A DNA stretch of 62,919 bases, the filler included, from Octopus bimaculoides (lineage: Eukaryota): NCBI RefSeq assembly GCF_001194135.2. It is 4 parts of 4 records of this genome, joined end to end, with 100 filler letters (N's around TTAATTAATTAA, not from the genome) between each part and the next. Parts side by side here need not be neighbours in the genome. Positions count along the whole stretch, not along the records: positions 30,518 to 54,245 come from NC_068986.1; positions 54,346 to 61,428 come from NC_068983.1; positions 61,529 to 62,919 come from NW_026309389.1; 1 more part is not named here. One strand, written 5' to 3'. How positions within the stretch are numbered: position 1 is the first letter of the stretch; every line of letters starts with the position of its first letter. Positions 51,421 to 62,919 of the stretch are shown here, one piece after another. Below the pieces are notes generated by a model. It made no database searches, was not told where the DNA came from, and worked only from the letters and a program-made list of their open reading frames with translations. A program made the translations under genes and the position numbers.

Positions 51421-52314
51421 TAGTAATTCTACTACTACTAATAATAAAAATCCTTTCTATTAAAGTCCTGAAATTTTGTGGGAGGGTACTAGTCGAATAG
51501 GTCGACCCCAGTGTTTCACTGGTACTTAATTTATTGATTTAATTTCTCGACCTACAGCAATAGTATACTAGCAACATTGTTGCGTAATTTGAACCTCTTT
51601 TGTGAATGTAATATGTTGTATATAAATCTATGCAGTGAATAGGGAACGAAATAAGATCGTTTGGGGTTGAAACTATAACAAAACCTTTTGAATATTTTTT
51701 ATCTTCTCTAAGTGAAGTTTATTCCATAAGTTTACTTTAAGAATAAACAAAAAAAATTCTCAAAGAATTGTTTTAAAACTTTTCGGTAAATTATAAATTG
51801 AAATTTATGTTAATGACTCACTTTTCTTCTTACACATTTCTAAAGAGCATAATTTTGTTTTAAGATTGCCCCTCTACATAAAACATATCCCTGAGAGATT
51901 CCTTAAAAAGAAAATTAAAACCTTTCTTCAGTCCTATAATAAATGAGACTTATTCCGAAAAATTCCTGTAAAAGTCGACCAACTTTCTATTGAGGTATAT
52001 CCTCATTTTCTATTATATATCATTCTGTAGTTCATTTCTTGTCAGGCTGTTGATCAATTCAAGTTTAAACAGATGAAGAAAATAAAATTTGGAACCATTA
52101 AGAGAAACGTAATTGGTTACCGTCAGTTAGTTTAATTAATCTAATTTTTATCAGTAATACTTAATTGAGACTATGATTGATATTTATTAATTTTCCAATT
52201 AACAAGAAGCATGACGTGATATTCCACGTTTTACTGATTACTTACATAATGATTGATTATTCACTAATTATTTACCAAACAAGAACTCAATAAGTAAACA
52301 ATTTGTAAACAAAC

Positions 52315-52788
52315 CTGAGGTTCGGCATGTCCACCAGGTATGTCCCACAGACCTGGGGCTTCGGCACAGTTTTGGCTACGTTTTAAGAGAATAATTCTTT
52401 GATCGCTCGTTAATAACAACGAACCAACGCCCAAAGGATCTGACATACAGGCTTGAGAATTACCAAACAAGGCGAGGCCAATAGTTTGCATATGTTGGGA
52501 CCGAAACGACCAGTTGGTTCCGAGAAAGTCTCTATAACAAGTAATTCCTAATTGTAAATTGACTCCTTTTTTATCAACAGACGGAAGAACAGCATGGACG
52601 CGAAACTTGGTGCCATTATATAAAGTCGTGTTCTTCGACTGCCTTATTTTCCAAACATTGCTTATTTCTTCTTCTAACAGATTTGGAAGAGAACGGCGAT
52701 TAAAATCAGATTCCAGGAATACATGGCAATCAGTTTGTTTTATAAGATTTTCTGTCGCTTGAAAAATAACTAAAATATCTGGGTCCAT
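52315..52788 (-). CDS. NUDT22: NUDT22 coding exon 1 (UDP-glucose pyrophosphatase NUDT22-like; full protein 309 aa)
   Basis: MDPDI...LYNGTKFR...LGITCYRDFLGTNWS...DPLGVGSLLLTSD..IILLKRSQNCAEAPGLWDIPGGHAEPQ, recognised as the NUDT22 family. Donor cag|gtttgt at 52314, phase 0. An acceptor 4 nt before the ATG implies an upstream non-coding exon. Confidence 0.93.
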
Positions 52789-53399
52789 AGTTCTGATTTC
52801 AGAAGAAAAACAAAAGGTGAAAGTTTTAAATATATTTTAAAATTTATTTATTCTCCGTTATTTGTGGTTTTTGTTTATGCTTTAAGTAAACCGACAACAT
52901 GTCTATGAACTAATACTGAGAAATGCGGTGTAAAGGGAAATATGCGATCTTCATTAAATATTCCGTCTTTCATAAATATCCGGAATATCATTTCCTGGAC
53001 GTATTTATTTCTTCATGACCTACAGGGAGCTAAACATAGAGGGGACGAACAAGTGGATTAAATCGATTACATCGATCAAGTGTTTAACTGGTACTTATTC
53101 TAATCGACCCCGAAAGGCAAAGTCGACCTCGGCGGAATTTGAACTCAGAATATAACGGCTGACGAAATACCGATTTCTTTATTAGGCATAAAGCCCTAAA
53201 CACAGATGCGGACACCACAAAGACAGACAAGACCACAGTGGGGACAAAAAACATAAAATGTATGTAAATGGGATGAAATTATATAATAATGAAAATGGCC
53301 ACACGGGCCCCACTCCCATGCGGTACCATTTGAACCATTATATGTACTATCTACAATTGTTTTTTCCCTACTTTATCACCATTATTTTCCTAAAAATAA

Positions 53400-54245
53400 C
53401 ATCATTTAACATACATTATTTTTCTCTTTTAGTAGAACTTCATCGGTGGTTCAATATCTCTCAGATTCACTGCTGGTGGCAACTCCTTGAATTCCACCTC
53501 CACTCTTGGTGGGTCAACGCTATCTCCACACATCTCTTTCAACTTTCAATAGTTCTCTTCTTCAATCAGTTTTGCCTTCATATCGTCTGCGTAGACGTAT
53601 GAAGTCACCTTCACTCTTACTATTGAATTAGACTTAATTATCTTTTTTTCTGTTTCAACATTCTTTCTGTATGTCACATAATACCACACTCCACCTCCTC
53701 CTCGTATATTCTTTCCTTTATCTTGTACTTTTTGTTCTCTTTTTCCTTCCTCTATCCTAAATAATCTCTCCAACTCTCCTCCCTGCAGTTGTATTTCCGA
53801 ATCTTTCTCCACTGGAACAACCGCTATCTTTACTGGTAATTCCACTTTCTTTTTACTTTCCCTTTTTTTTCTTCCTTCTTCCCGACCTCCATCACAGTTT
53901 TTTCTTTTCTCACCTCTTCTCTCTTCTTTTTCTGCTTCTCTGGCGGAGAACTCATTCCTCCACTCCTCCTCCTTTTCTTTTTAACCATAGTAAATCCATT
54001 CTCTGTTTTCTTTTTCTGTTGCCTTCTCTGTTACCATGACCTGGTCCACGCCCTCCTGTCTCTCTACCTACTCTGCTTGTTGTTCTCTTTGGGCGCACCA
54101 CGCCTTCATGTGCCCCCCCCCTCTCCACATGTGAAACATATCAGCAGCCTCCCCTCTACACTGACTCTCAATCTTACCTCTTCTGGCAACACAATCTCAT
54201 CCACCACACTGTTCAAATCCTCCGTAGTTGCCTGTATTGTCAATT
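53400..54245 (-). mobile_element. LINE ORF1/gag-like remnant with CCHC zinc knuckle
   Basis: ..RVSVEGRLLICFTCGEGGHMKAWC (CX2CX4HX4C after correcting a +2 slip in a G run), followed by K/E-rich degenerate coding sequence. Confidence 0.6.
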
Positions 54246-54345
54246 NNNNNNNNNNNNNNNNNNNNNNNNNNNNNNNNNNNNNNNNNNNNTTAATTAATTA
54301 ANNNNNNNNNNNNNNNNNNNNNNNNNNNNNNNNNNNNNNNNNNNN
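54246..54345. other. Artificial scaffold spacer N44-TTAATTAATTAA-N44
   Basis: 100 bp, linker at 54290-54301. Confidence 0.95.
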
Positions 54346-54741
54346 CCTACTTATTAGGATTTTGGTTTTTGCTAGGTTGACTCTAAGGCCCTTCGATTCT
54401 AGTCCTTGCTTCCACACCTGAAACTTCTCCTCTAGTTCTGATAGTGACTGCGCAATTAGTGCAAGGTCATCAGCATAGAGGAGCTCCCAGGGGCAACCTG
54501 TCTTGAATTCCTCTGTGATCGCCTGGAGGACTATGATAAATAGGAGGGGGCTGAGGACGGAACCTTGGTGGACCCCTACCTCTACCTGGAATTCATTACT
54601 GTACTCATTTCCAACCCTCACCTTACTGGCAGCATCTCTGTACATGGCTTGCACAGCTCTCACTAACCATTCTTCTATCCCAAGTTTCCTCATTGACCAC
54701 CAGATAAGGTATCGGGGGACCCTGTCAAAGGCTTTTTCCAA
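54346..54741 (-). mobile_element. RTE-clade LINE reverse transcriptase fragment (open frame)
   Basis: EKAFDRVPR...GVHQGSVLSPLLF...CPWELLYADDL...GLRVNLAKTK. Confidence 0.92.
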
Positions 54742-54799
54742 AACAAAGCATGTATGTCTGATTGGTTGACTATACTTACTTGAAAAAAGAATGTATCAC

Positions 54800-55202
54800 T
54801 CTCAGAACTTTTTTGTTCTTGTTTTGGACTTTGGGCTTTTAATTACATGTCTTCCATGATTCCACCCAGGCAATTTGGCCATTGCAACTGAACCAGTTGT
54901 TTTAAACTTCATTAGTCTGCAAACCATAGACTCGTTGGGTGCTTCATTTCTCCCCCAAATGGTACAAAGTGTTCGAGCTGTTTACACTGTACTTTCTCCA
55001 TTTTGGTAAAATGTCTTCACAATGAGAATGCATTGCTCAGTTGTAAACTGCTTCATGACACACTGCACACTATTCTGAAAAACAAACAAAAATCTATTAA
55101 TCGTAGTGAATAGAGATGGCAAACATGATAAAAGCATGCCTTCAAACTTCAAAACACCAAAGTGTCACCCAATTCAAATTCAGTGCTCTTTATGGAACAC
55201 CT
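54800..55202 (-). mobile_element. Tc1/mariner-superfamily 5' end with DUF4817-type HTH remnant
   Basis: TA + aggtgttccataaag terminus. From 55056: MKQFTTEQCILIVKTFYQNGES..APNES..KFKTTGSV. Confidence 0.65.
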
Positions 55203-55431
55203 TATGCAATTTTGTTCTACTACAGCACAGAGTGCACCTCTTCTATATGTTATTGAAGTGTATGTGTAATATTGTCGTAAGAGTAAACCCTACTATGGTT
55301 AGCTTTGCCTTTCATTTCCCAGGACAGTTCTATCAGTTACTCTCATTCCCTACAGATTTGTGGTCTTGTGACAGCATGAAACATTCTTGTCATTTCTAGT
55401 TCTTTCATGACTTACTGTTGTTTGTCACCAG

Positions 55432-55642
55432 GTTTTGTGTGTCTGTAAGACGTGGAAAATATCCCGAAGAAACTCAGCTACATCGAATACATGCTCGAGA
55501 ATACAGTATTCCGGGTCACACAATTACTCTTCATCCACCGGTCACTCTTTGCAATCTGCTACCAATTGAGATGTCTTACTACTTCAAGAATACCTCAATG
55601 AAGGGTCAAATTGATGCTGGAAAACAGGAGCCACTCTATCAG
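55432..55642 (+). CDS. VPS13D: VPS13D internal exon (VAB/SHR-BD region)
   Basis: AG/GT bounded. RFCVSVRRGKYP...PGHTITLHPPVTLCNLLPIEM, recognised as VPS13D. Phase 2 in, 0 out. Confidence 0.92.
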
Positions 55643-55760
55643 GTAAAAGAGCTTTGACAATTTTTTAAATATTTATATTGAACACTTTGTTTTCTTTTAA
55701 TTCCATCTCTTCATAGTTCTTCTTGTTACAATGTTTTCCCTTGCTTTTTTCTATATTCAG

Positions 55761-55940
55761 GCTGACATGAGCCAGCACCTTGAACTCGGAATCCAGCTGG
55801 AAAATTTCCGAGATTGTAACGAGTTGATGATCCCTCCAGGAACTATCAATTATAAAGCTCGGTTTGAACTATACGACAGTGATAAGAGAATGTTGGCGTT
55901 GACTGTACGCATCATTTCACGCAAAGGAGGAGCACTCAAG
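55761..55940 (+). CDS. VPS13D: VPS13D internal exon
   Basis: ADMSQHLELGIQLENFRDCNELMIPPGT..RFELYD..LTVRII..GGALK. Phase 0/0. Confidence 0.93.
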
Positions 55941-56931
55941 GTGAGACTTAGTCACTGACTTACCCATTTCTAATATCCAAAGAAATGCTTCAGAGTCAAT
56001 GAGTAAAGTGGCAGAATTGTTAGCACACTGGACAAAATGCTTAGCAGCATTTCATCTGTCTTTATTCTGAATTCAAATGCTGTCAAAATTGACTTTGGCT
56101 TTCATCCTTTTGGGGTGAATGAAATAAATACCAGTTGAGCACTGGGGTTGATGTAATCAACTAGCCCCTCCACAAAATTTTAGGCCTTGTATCTATAGAA
56201 GAAAGGATATTAGAGAAGGGCTGGTTATCTTTGGGAGTTAAATTGACTTGACATAGCTGTCTTGAAATACATTAAATGAAATGTACCTGGGATTTGTGAA
56301 GGTCATCCTTGTCACACACTCTATCCCACTGATTCTGTTTTAAATTTTATGAAGTATACACAGGTCTGTAAAATACTCAGCCACTTCTGCTATATTACAA
56401 TGAATAGGTAGTTCTATAGTATCAAACAACTGGAACATTATTTTGTCAAATTCAATGAGAATCCTTGTATTTTCTGAAATTCTTTGGTTAGAAAATATAT
56501 TGCATTAATCTAATATATAAATGGCAATTTCTGTCTGTCTGTTACCATCTTAGTGCCTAAACCAGCTAACCAATATTCACGAAACTTAGCATACATGTTG
56601 CACTAACATCCAGTAGCATGTTTACAAATTAGCTATGATGTGACAAATATATCCAATTTGTTATCTCTAATCTCATGACTTCAAATAAACTCTAAAAATT
56701 TACTCTTTTGTAAAACATTAGTAATGGTTTGACCTGGCTGAAATCACTACACTATATTTTATGGAATAGGAATGAAATGTTTTGGTCTTTGGGCTTTCCC
56801 AAAGTTACTGAAAGCAAAGAAATAGCTTGACTCAAAAACTGAGACCAAATTCCATCTCATTCATAACTGGAATGTTATCGATTGCTTGTAAAACAATAAT
56901 AGTTATCATATTTTTTTTTTTTTTTTTGTAG

Positions 56932-57098
56932 CTCCAAATCTCAGCTCCCTATTGGCTTGTCAACAAATCTGGCATTCCATTAATTTTCAAACAAGATGGC
57001 ACCAGACTGGAAGCTGCAGGTCAATCAGAAGACCATGAAAGAGCAAAAAGTGTCACACCTTTACTTTTCAGTTTTACTGACAAAGAGTGTCCAACCAG
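56932..57098 (+). CDS. VPS13D: VPS13D internal exon
   Basis: LQISAPYWLVNKSGIPLIFKQD...AAGQSEDHERAKSVTPLLFSFTDKE. Phase 0/2. Confidence 0.93.
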
Positions 57099-57837
57099 GT
57101 ATGTATTTTTTGTTTTCTTTTTTCTGAATGAATTTTTTGTTTTCTTTTTTCTGAATGAATTTTTTGGTATTTAATTATTGATCTTTGGCATTCCACCTGT
57201 GATCATCTTGTGTTTCTAATATGTAGAACTCCATTATCAAATATTTCCTTTTTTTTTTGCTTAACACAGTAGGGTATGCTATTTTAAGCAGTTCAAGTAA
57301 CAACATAGAGGTCATATCTTTGTGTCTGTGGTGACATACACTCAAATGTCTTTTCATACATTACACATGTGCATACACAAAAGCGCACACACACACACAC
57401 ACACACACACACTTTATTTTTAACTTCTCCATTCTTTATTCCCCAGTCTATCAACAACCTGTTGTAAGCATCTTTCTCAGCTGCATTCACTTTCAATATC
57501 TGTTTCACTCTTAGACTTTGAAGATGAAACCTGGTTCTCTAGACCGAGCTAAAAATAACTAAGAGTTACTAACTCAAAATAAAGCCAAAGTACCTTTTGT
57601 GTAAAGAAAACTATTAGATGCCAGAAGATAATTTGCTTTGTAATGGGTGTTATTATAATTACAGTTAATTATTATTAGTTGTTACTTGAAAGATTCTCTA
57701 TCCATAAGCTTAATTTGTGAAAGAAGATCGCTATCTCATTCTTGTCTGTATGAGACTAGGCTACCATCAGAAATATTGATATCTACATTTATGTACCTAC
57801 AGAGGCTGATTAGGAATCCCAGAGTCAAAATTATTTA

Positions 57838-58568
57838 TCTATATAATACTAAAAGTCTGTGATTGCTTGCTTGCATGCTTGTCTATAATTTGAAACAGCC
57901 AAACCGGCACATAATGGGAAAGGTACCCCTGAAATGTGAATACAAACAGAATAAAACAAGTTTAGCGTAAATCAGACCATGGATTCCCAAGATGCGTGTT
58001 TTTCTTTGGAGCGGGGGTTTATTTCCACAAATTTAAGCAGTGAAACCTGGAGTTATTACTGTGAACACCTGGATAGTTTTGTTTGTGTGCGTGGCTGTAA
58101 TTTAATACAGCCAAACTGACACATAATGGGAAAATACTCAGAAAGTAAAGTGCCCCTGAAATGGGAATACAAATGGAATAAGACAAGTTTCATGTCAATT
58201 GGACCACAGGTTCCCGAGATACACATTTTTTTTTCAGGTACCTTTATGATTGCCTGCTTGCATGAGTGCTTGTCTGTAATTTAATACAGCCAAACCAGTG
58301 CATAATGGGAAAATACTTTGAAAGTAAGGTACCATTGAAATGTGAATACAAATGGAATAAAACAAGATACGTGGTTTTTCCAGGTACCTTTATAAATAGC
58401 CAAATCGGCACATAATGGGAAAATACTCTGAAAGTAAGGTACTGTTGAAATGTGAATAGAAACGGAATAAAACAAGTTTCACATAAATTGGACCATGGTT
58501 TCCTGAGATACATGGTATTTTCGGGTACCTTGAACTGTTGGTGACCCAACAGGTCACGGGTTATCTAG
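57838..58568 (+). mobile_element. Complete non-autonomous Helitron with ~4 internal repeats
   Basis: A|TC 5' end, GTGACC-caaca-GGTCAC hairpin (58541-58557), CTAG|T 3' end. Repeated cagccaaac..cataatgggaaa..gaaatgtgaatac unit. Confidence 0.85.
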
Positions 58569-58799
58569 TTGTTTATAAGCCTCACTATTTCAGAATTGTT
58601 ATCTAAATGAATAATGTTTCATATTAAAGAGATTTAACTTAAAGTTTCTTGATTCTTAGACTTTCTGTTGGAATTAATCCCCTTGTGAAATTTGGCTATT
58701 CTTTTTAACAAACATACATACACTCTCTCATGTTCCCTGTCATATGTGCAAACATGTATGTGTTTCTTTGTATATTACATAATTTTCTTTCTTTCTCAG

Positions 58800-58856
58800 A
58801 TGTTCTATGAGAGCTGGAAGACAAACTGTAGCAGCAGAGAGTGTACTTCTTCAGTG
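58800..58856 (+). CDS. VPS13D: VPS13D internal exon
   Basis: 57 nt, CSMRAGRQTVAAESVLLQW. Phase 2/2, donor gtaag. Confidence 0.85.
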
Positions 58857-59511
58857 GTAAGAAAATTCTTGTATATCACTTGATTATAGTGTTACTTTTT
58901 TGTAAAGGAATAGTTCTATCAGAAATATTGGTTTCAAGTTTTGGCATGAGGCCAGCAAGTTCAAGGGAGGGGTAAGTTAATCTCGTTGATCCCAGTGCTC
59001 AACTGGTACTTATTTTATCAACCCCGAAAGGATGAAAGGCAAAGTCCACTTTGGAGGAACTTTAACTCAAAATGTAAAGATGGGCACAATATTGCTAAGC
59101 ATTTTGCCCAACTTTTCTCTCAGGACGCTCACACGCTGTCGTGTGTGCACACTGACATTACATATTCAGCGGAGCATACTGGCTTCATTCCTTGCAAGCT
59201 TACACTTGTCCTCAGCAGTCACAGCCCATGTTTCACTGCCATGTAGCATGGCTGTTCATACACATGCGTCATACAGTCTACCTTTTACTTTGAGTGAGAA
59301 GCCCTTTGTCACCAGAGGTAGGAGCTCTCTGAACTTTGCCCAGGCTATTCTTATTCTAGCTGCTACACTTTCATAGATTATATTTTCACAATGTGACAAA
59401 ATATATCTTTATTAAACATATTGTGTATGATTTCTGTATACATATTTATTCATAGCCACACAGCTTTGCTATGATAGTTTTATGATAAATGATAATAAAT
59501 TTTAATTTCAG

Positions 59512-59592
59512 GTGTCCTCGTTTTACATTAGACAGTGGCATTGGTACACGCCAAGTGCACATTACTTCTAAGGCAACAAATAGCCCAAATAG
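59512..59592 (+). CDS. VPS13D: VPS13D internal exon
   Basis: 81 nt, CPRFTLDSGIGTRQVHITSKATNSPN. Phase 2/2. Confidence 0.88.
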
Positions 59593-59890
59593 GTAAGAGC
59601 CGCTTTCTTATTTGTTAGCATTTACTTAATACTAACGTACGATCAAAGGCAATCCAGCCATGATAACCCTGTTTGTGTAGGATTTCTAAGACTTTTTCAT
59701 CATCATCATCATCATCATCTGTTTTCCATCCTGGCATGAGTTGGATAGTTTGATTAGAACTGGTAAACCGGAGAGCTGCACCAGGCTCCAGTCTGTCCTG
59801 GTTTCCATGGTTGGATGCTTTATCTAATGCCAACCACTCCACAGTGTGTACCAGGTGTTTTTAATGTGTCATTGGCACAAGTTGCTTTAA

Positions 59891-60113
59891 CCCATTAATT
59901 CCCACTGTCCTATAAATAGGACAGTAAATGAAAACATTAAATAAGCTATCTCACATTGTCTCAGTGTCCCATTTATAGGACACCGAGTATTTCCATTTCT
60001 ACTTGAAGTAAAGGAGTTTTAATAATTATTTATTTCATTTTAACCTATTTTCAATCATCCGTAAAAATTTTAAAGTAATATTCAGAAATTTAAGTACTCT
60101 GGGATGTAATGTG
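59891..60113. mobile_element. piggyBac-like MITE (TTAA flanks); partial copy at 39515-39615
   Basis: TTAA at 59887-90 and 60114-17. Imperfect TIR cccattaattccca / tgggatgtaatgtg. Inserted inside a family D SINE. Confidence 0.65.
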
Positions 60114-60670
60114 TTAACGAGTCACTGGCACAAGCGGCTCTAACGTGTCACTGGCACGAGTGCCTTTTACATGTCACACTGACCACAGCTATGATTTCAC
60201 TAAACTTGAGGGGTCTTATCAGGCATAGCAAATTGCCAACAGTCTCAGTCACTTGTCATCGCCTCTGTGAAATTCAACATTGTAACCAATGGTATCAAAT
60301 TAGTAAATTTAGTAAGAGATGTACTGAATGATGTATGCAAAGCAACTTGCAATGGCTCTCAAACCAGAAAAAAAAAGGGGGAAATAGTTTCGAGATTTAA
60401 CTAAATTAATTTACAGATTAAAAGGAAATCTATTTTTTGTTGACAATCTCATCTTTGTGGGTTTTTTTTATCAGGCCTAGTTTATATAGGATGGCTTTGT
60501 TCAGTATGTTATCTGTGTTGAGATGTCAAGATATGATTTGATGAAAATTTGGTCATTGAATGGCTCCTTCATTTGGTTATTTGTGGGGAGAGTTTCTTGT
60601 TGCTCGCTATTAAACTGAAATCAATATATCTGTTTTGCATATTTTGTTCATTTATTCTTCTTAAATTTAG

Positions 60671-60815
60671 AGTTTTTACCATTGGTATAGAAGTGAAACA
60701 AGGCTGTGGTATGTACTGTGATACCAACATAGTCACTTTTGCTCCTCGGTACTGTATTGATAACCAGTCACAATATAAACTGTCAATTATCCAGCAACAT
60801 TTTGCTACAGAAATA
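60671..60815 (+). CDS. VPS13D: VPS13D internal exon
   Basis: VFTIGIEVKQGCGMYCDTNIVTFAPRYCIDNQSQYKL. Phase 2/0, donor gtaagt. Confidence 0.92.
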
Positions 60816-61267
60816 GTAAGTAACTTCACTTTAATTATCAATTCTCTATTTTTCCTGTTTTTAAATACATGTATTTACACTACCTTTTACTACTAATATT
60901 TGGGATATTCTTTATACCTCGTTATGTTACTTGGGAAACCTATAGTTATGTGTTTCCACAAAATTTTGTTGTGTGTCTACTTGTATATATATATGTATTT
61001 ACACAGATACATATATATGTGTATGTTTATATACAATCACATTCACTGTGTGACAATTATCTAATGAGATCCTTCAAAATTTAATCATGACATAAAACAA
61101 AAAATATATAATGTATCTGTATATTTATCCTTGAAATATTTTTTTTGTACCTCTAATTATCCAAGTAGTTTCTTTTCTTTTACAATTATTTGTGAAACAT
61201 TCCTTCTGTGTATAATTGTCCAGATCAAAATTAGAATTAAATTTTTTAATACTCAGATAACAAAGCA

Positions 61268-61300
<33 letters not shown>

Positions 61301-61428
61301 GAGGTGATTCATTCAAACATATCTGACAAAACCTGTGGATTGAAAATTTGAATATTTAGTGTGTGATTAAAATTTTCTTGGAATTAGAATTAAAACGTTA
61401 CAGAATAGAAATTTATATATTTATATAT

Positions 61429-61528
61429 NNNNNNNNNNNNNNNNNNNNNNNNNNNNNNNNNNNNNNNNNNNNTTAATTAATTAANNNNNNNNNNNNNNNN
61501 NNNNNNNNNNNNNNNNNNNNNNNNNNNN
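61429..61528. other. Artificial scaffold spacer N44-TTAATTAATTAA-N44
   Basis: 100 bp, linker at 61473-61484. Confidence 0.95.
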
Positions 61529-62919
61529 GGTAAATAAATGGTGTGATAGATGGATAGATAGGAGGATAAATAGACAGACGAGTAGGTAAATGGTTAGATA
61601 GGTAGGTAAGTAGGTAGATGGATGGGCAGGTAGATAAATTGGTAGACAGGCAGATAAGTAGATAGAAGGGTAGGTAGACATAGACAAATCTATAGACATA
61701 TGAAGGTGGAGGGATAGACACAGGGTGATGGGTGGTAGACAGGCAGGTAGAAAGATGGATAGACAACTAGACACAGCAGATAGACATATATGAGTAGACA
61801 CACACACACACATATATGAAAGAGAGTGCAATAGAGATGGTGTGTGTGTNNNNNNNNNNTAAAGAAATGGATTAGTGAAGGGTAAGGTTTCAAAGGAAAC
61901 TAGAGCAATGTGTTGATAGATAACAGGGGTTAATTAGGGGAAGAGTAAATAAGGGTTACATAGTTAGGACATACTAATACAGAGGGGTTTAAATAAGAAC
62001 ACAGAGCAGGGTTAGGTAGAAAGATGTGTGTGTGTGTGTGTGTGTGTGTTTGTATGAGGGTGTATAGAAAAAGGGGTTAGACAAGAGGAATTAGAGGGAG
62101 GGAGATTGATTGATACATAAGATCGCTTGGTAGATTAATAGATTGATAGCCAGATCAATTGATCAATAAGTAGTTAGATTGATTGATAGATATTAGATAG
62201 ATGGATGGATAGACAAACAGATTGAAGGATAGACAGTGATGGATAGATCGATGAATAGACAGATCAATGTATAGATGGACAGATTGATAGATAGACACAG
62301 ATCAATGTATGGATAGATAGATAGACAGATCAATGTATGGATAGATAGATAGACAGATCAATGTATAGATAGATAGACAGACAGATGAATGTATAGATAG
62401 ATAGATAGACAGATGAATGTATAGATAGATAGATAGACAGATTAATGTATAGATAGATAGATAGANNNNNNNNNNNNNNNNNNNNNNNNNNNNNNNNNNN
62501 NNNNNNNNNNNNNNNNNNNNNNNNNNNNNNNNNNNNNNNNNNNNNNNNNNNNNNNNNNNNNNNNNNNNNNNNNNNNNNNNNNNNNNNNNNNNNNNNNNNN
62601 NNNNNNATTAATGTATAGATAGATAGATAGACAGATTAATGTATAGATAGATAGATCAATGTATAGATAGATAGACGGACAGATCAATGTATAAATAGAC
62701 AGATTGATAGATACAGACAGATCAATAAATAGACCAAAAGGTAGACAAATGGATGGATAAATGTGATGGGTTAGTTGGCAGGTATGTAGATTGATGGATC
62801 CCTAAAATGGGTAGATAGATAGATAGACAGGTAGATAGACAGATTAATAGACAGGTAAATAGATTGATAGACAGGCAGAGAGATAGATAGACAGGTAGAT
62901 AGATTGATAGACAGGTAGA
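61529..62919. repeat. GATA/GACA-derived low-complexity satellite region
   Basis: Degenerate (GATA)n with ~24-bp units such as atagatagatagacagattaatgt, most regular at 62260-62720. Confidence 0.85.

Noticed and set aside
53546-53620. YADD motif in ORF 53546-53845
   Set aside because: No other RT motifs around it, and it lies downstream of a gag knuckle in K/E-rich sequence. Treated as coincidence.

Overview
AT-rich, microsatellite-dense animal genomic DNA with many N gaps. The SINE complement strongly suggests an octopus; this is inferred from repeat families I recognise, not from a database hit. Two host genes are supported. One is a complete 3-coding-exon NUDT22 on the minus strand (52788->45056, 309 aa, all splice phases consistent). 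The other is six internal VAB/SHR-BD-region exons of VPS13D on the plus strand (55432-60815). The rest is transposable-element debris: several tRNA-derived SINE families, mariner/Tc1 elements, Helitrons, piggyBac-like MITEs, CR1-, RTE- and RLE-type LINE fragments, Penelope-like (PLE) RT and GIY-YIG fragments, and LTR-like segments. The most interesting signal is a set of hammerhead ribozyme motifs from four unrelated sequence families, all on the minus strand. Two have complete cores (14.1 kb, 30.6 kb), one is a minimal variant (21.7 kb), and two decayed copies sit inside a tRNA-headed SINE-like element (38.7 kb, 47.0 kb). Other observations: a CpG-decay domain from about 33.8 kb onward, a speculative micro-exon chain inside it, a 93-nt near-perfect hairpin, and a mariner with ~250-280-bp inverted ends. 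Three 100-bp N-TTAATTAATTAA-N blocks are artificial scaffold joins, so adjacency across them is uncertain. Repeat boundaries are approximate unless TSDs or TIRs are quoted.
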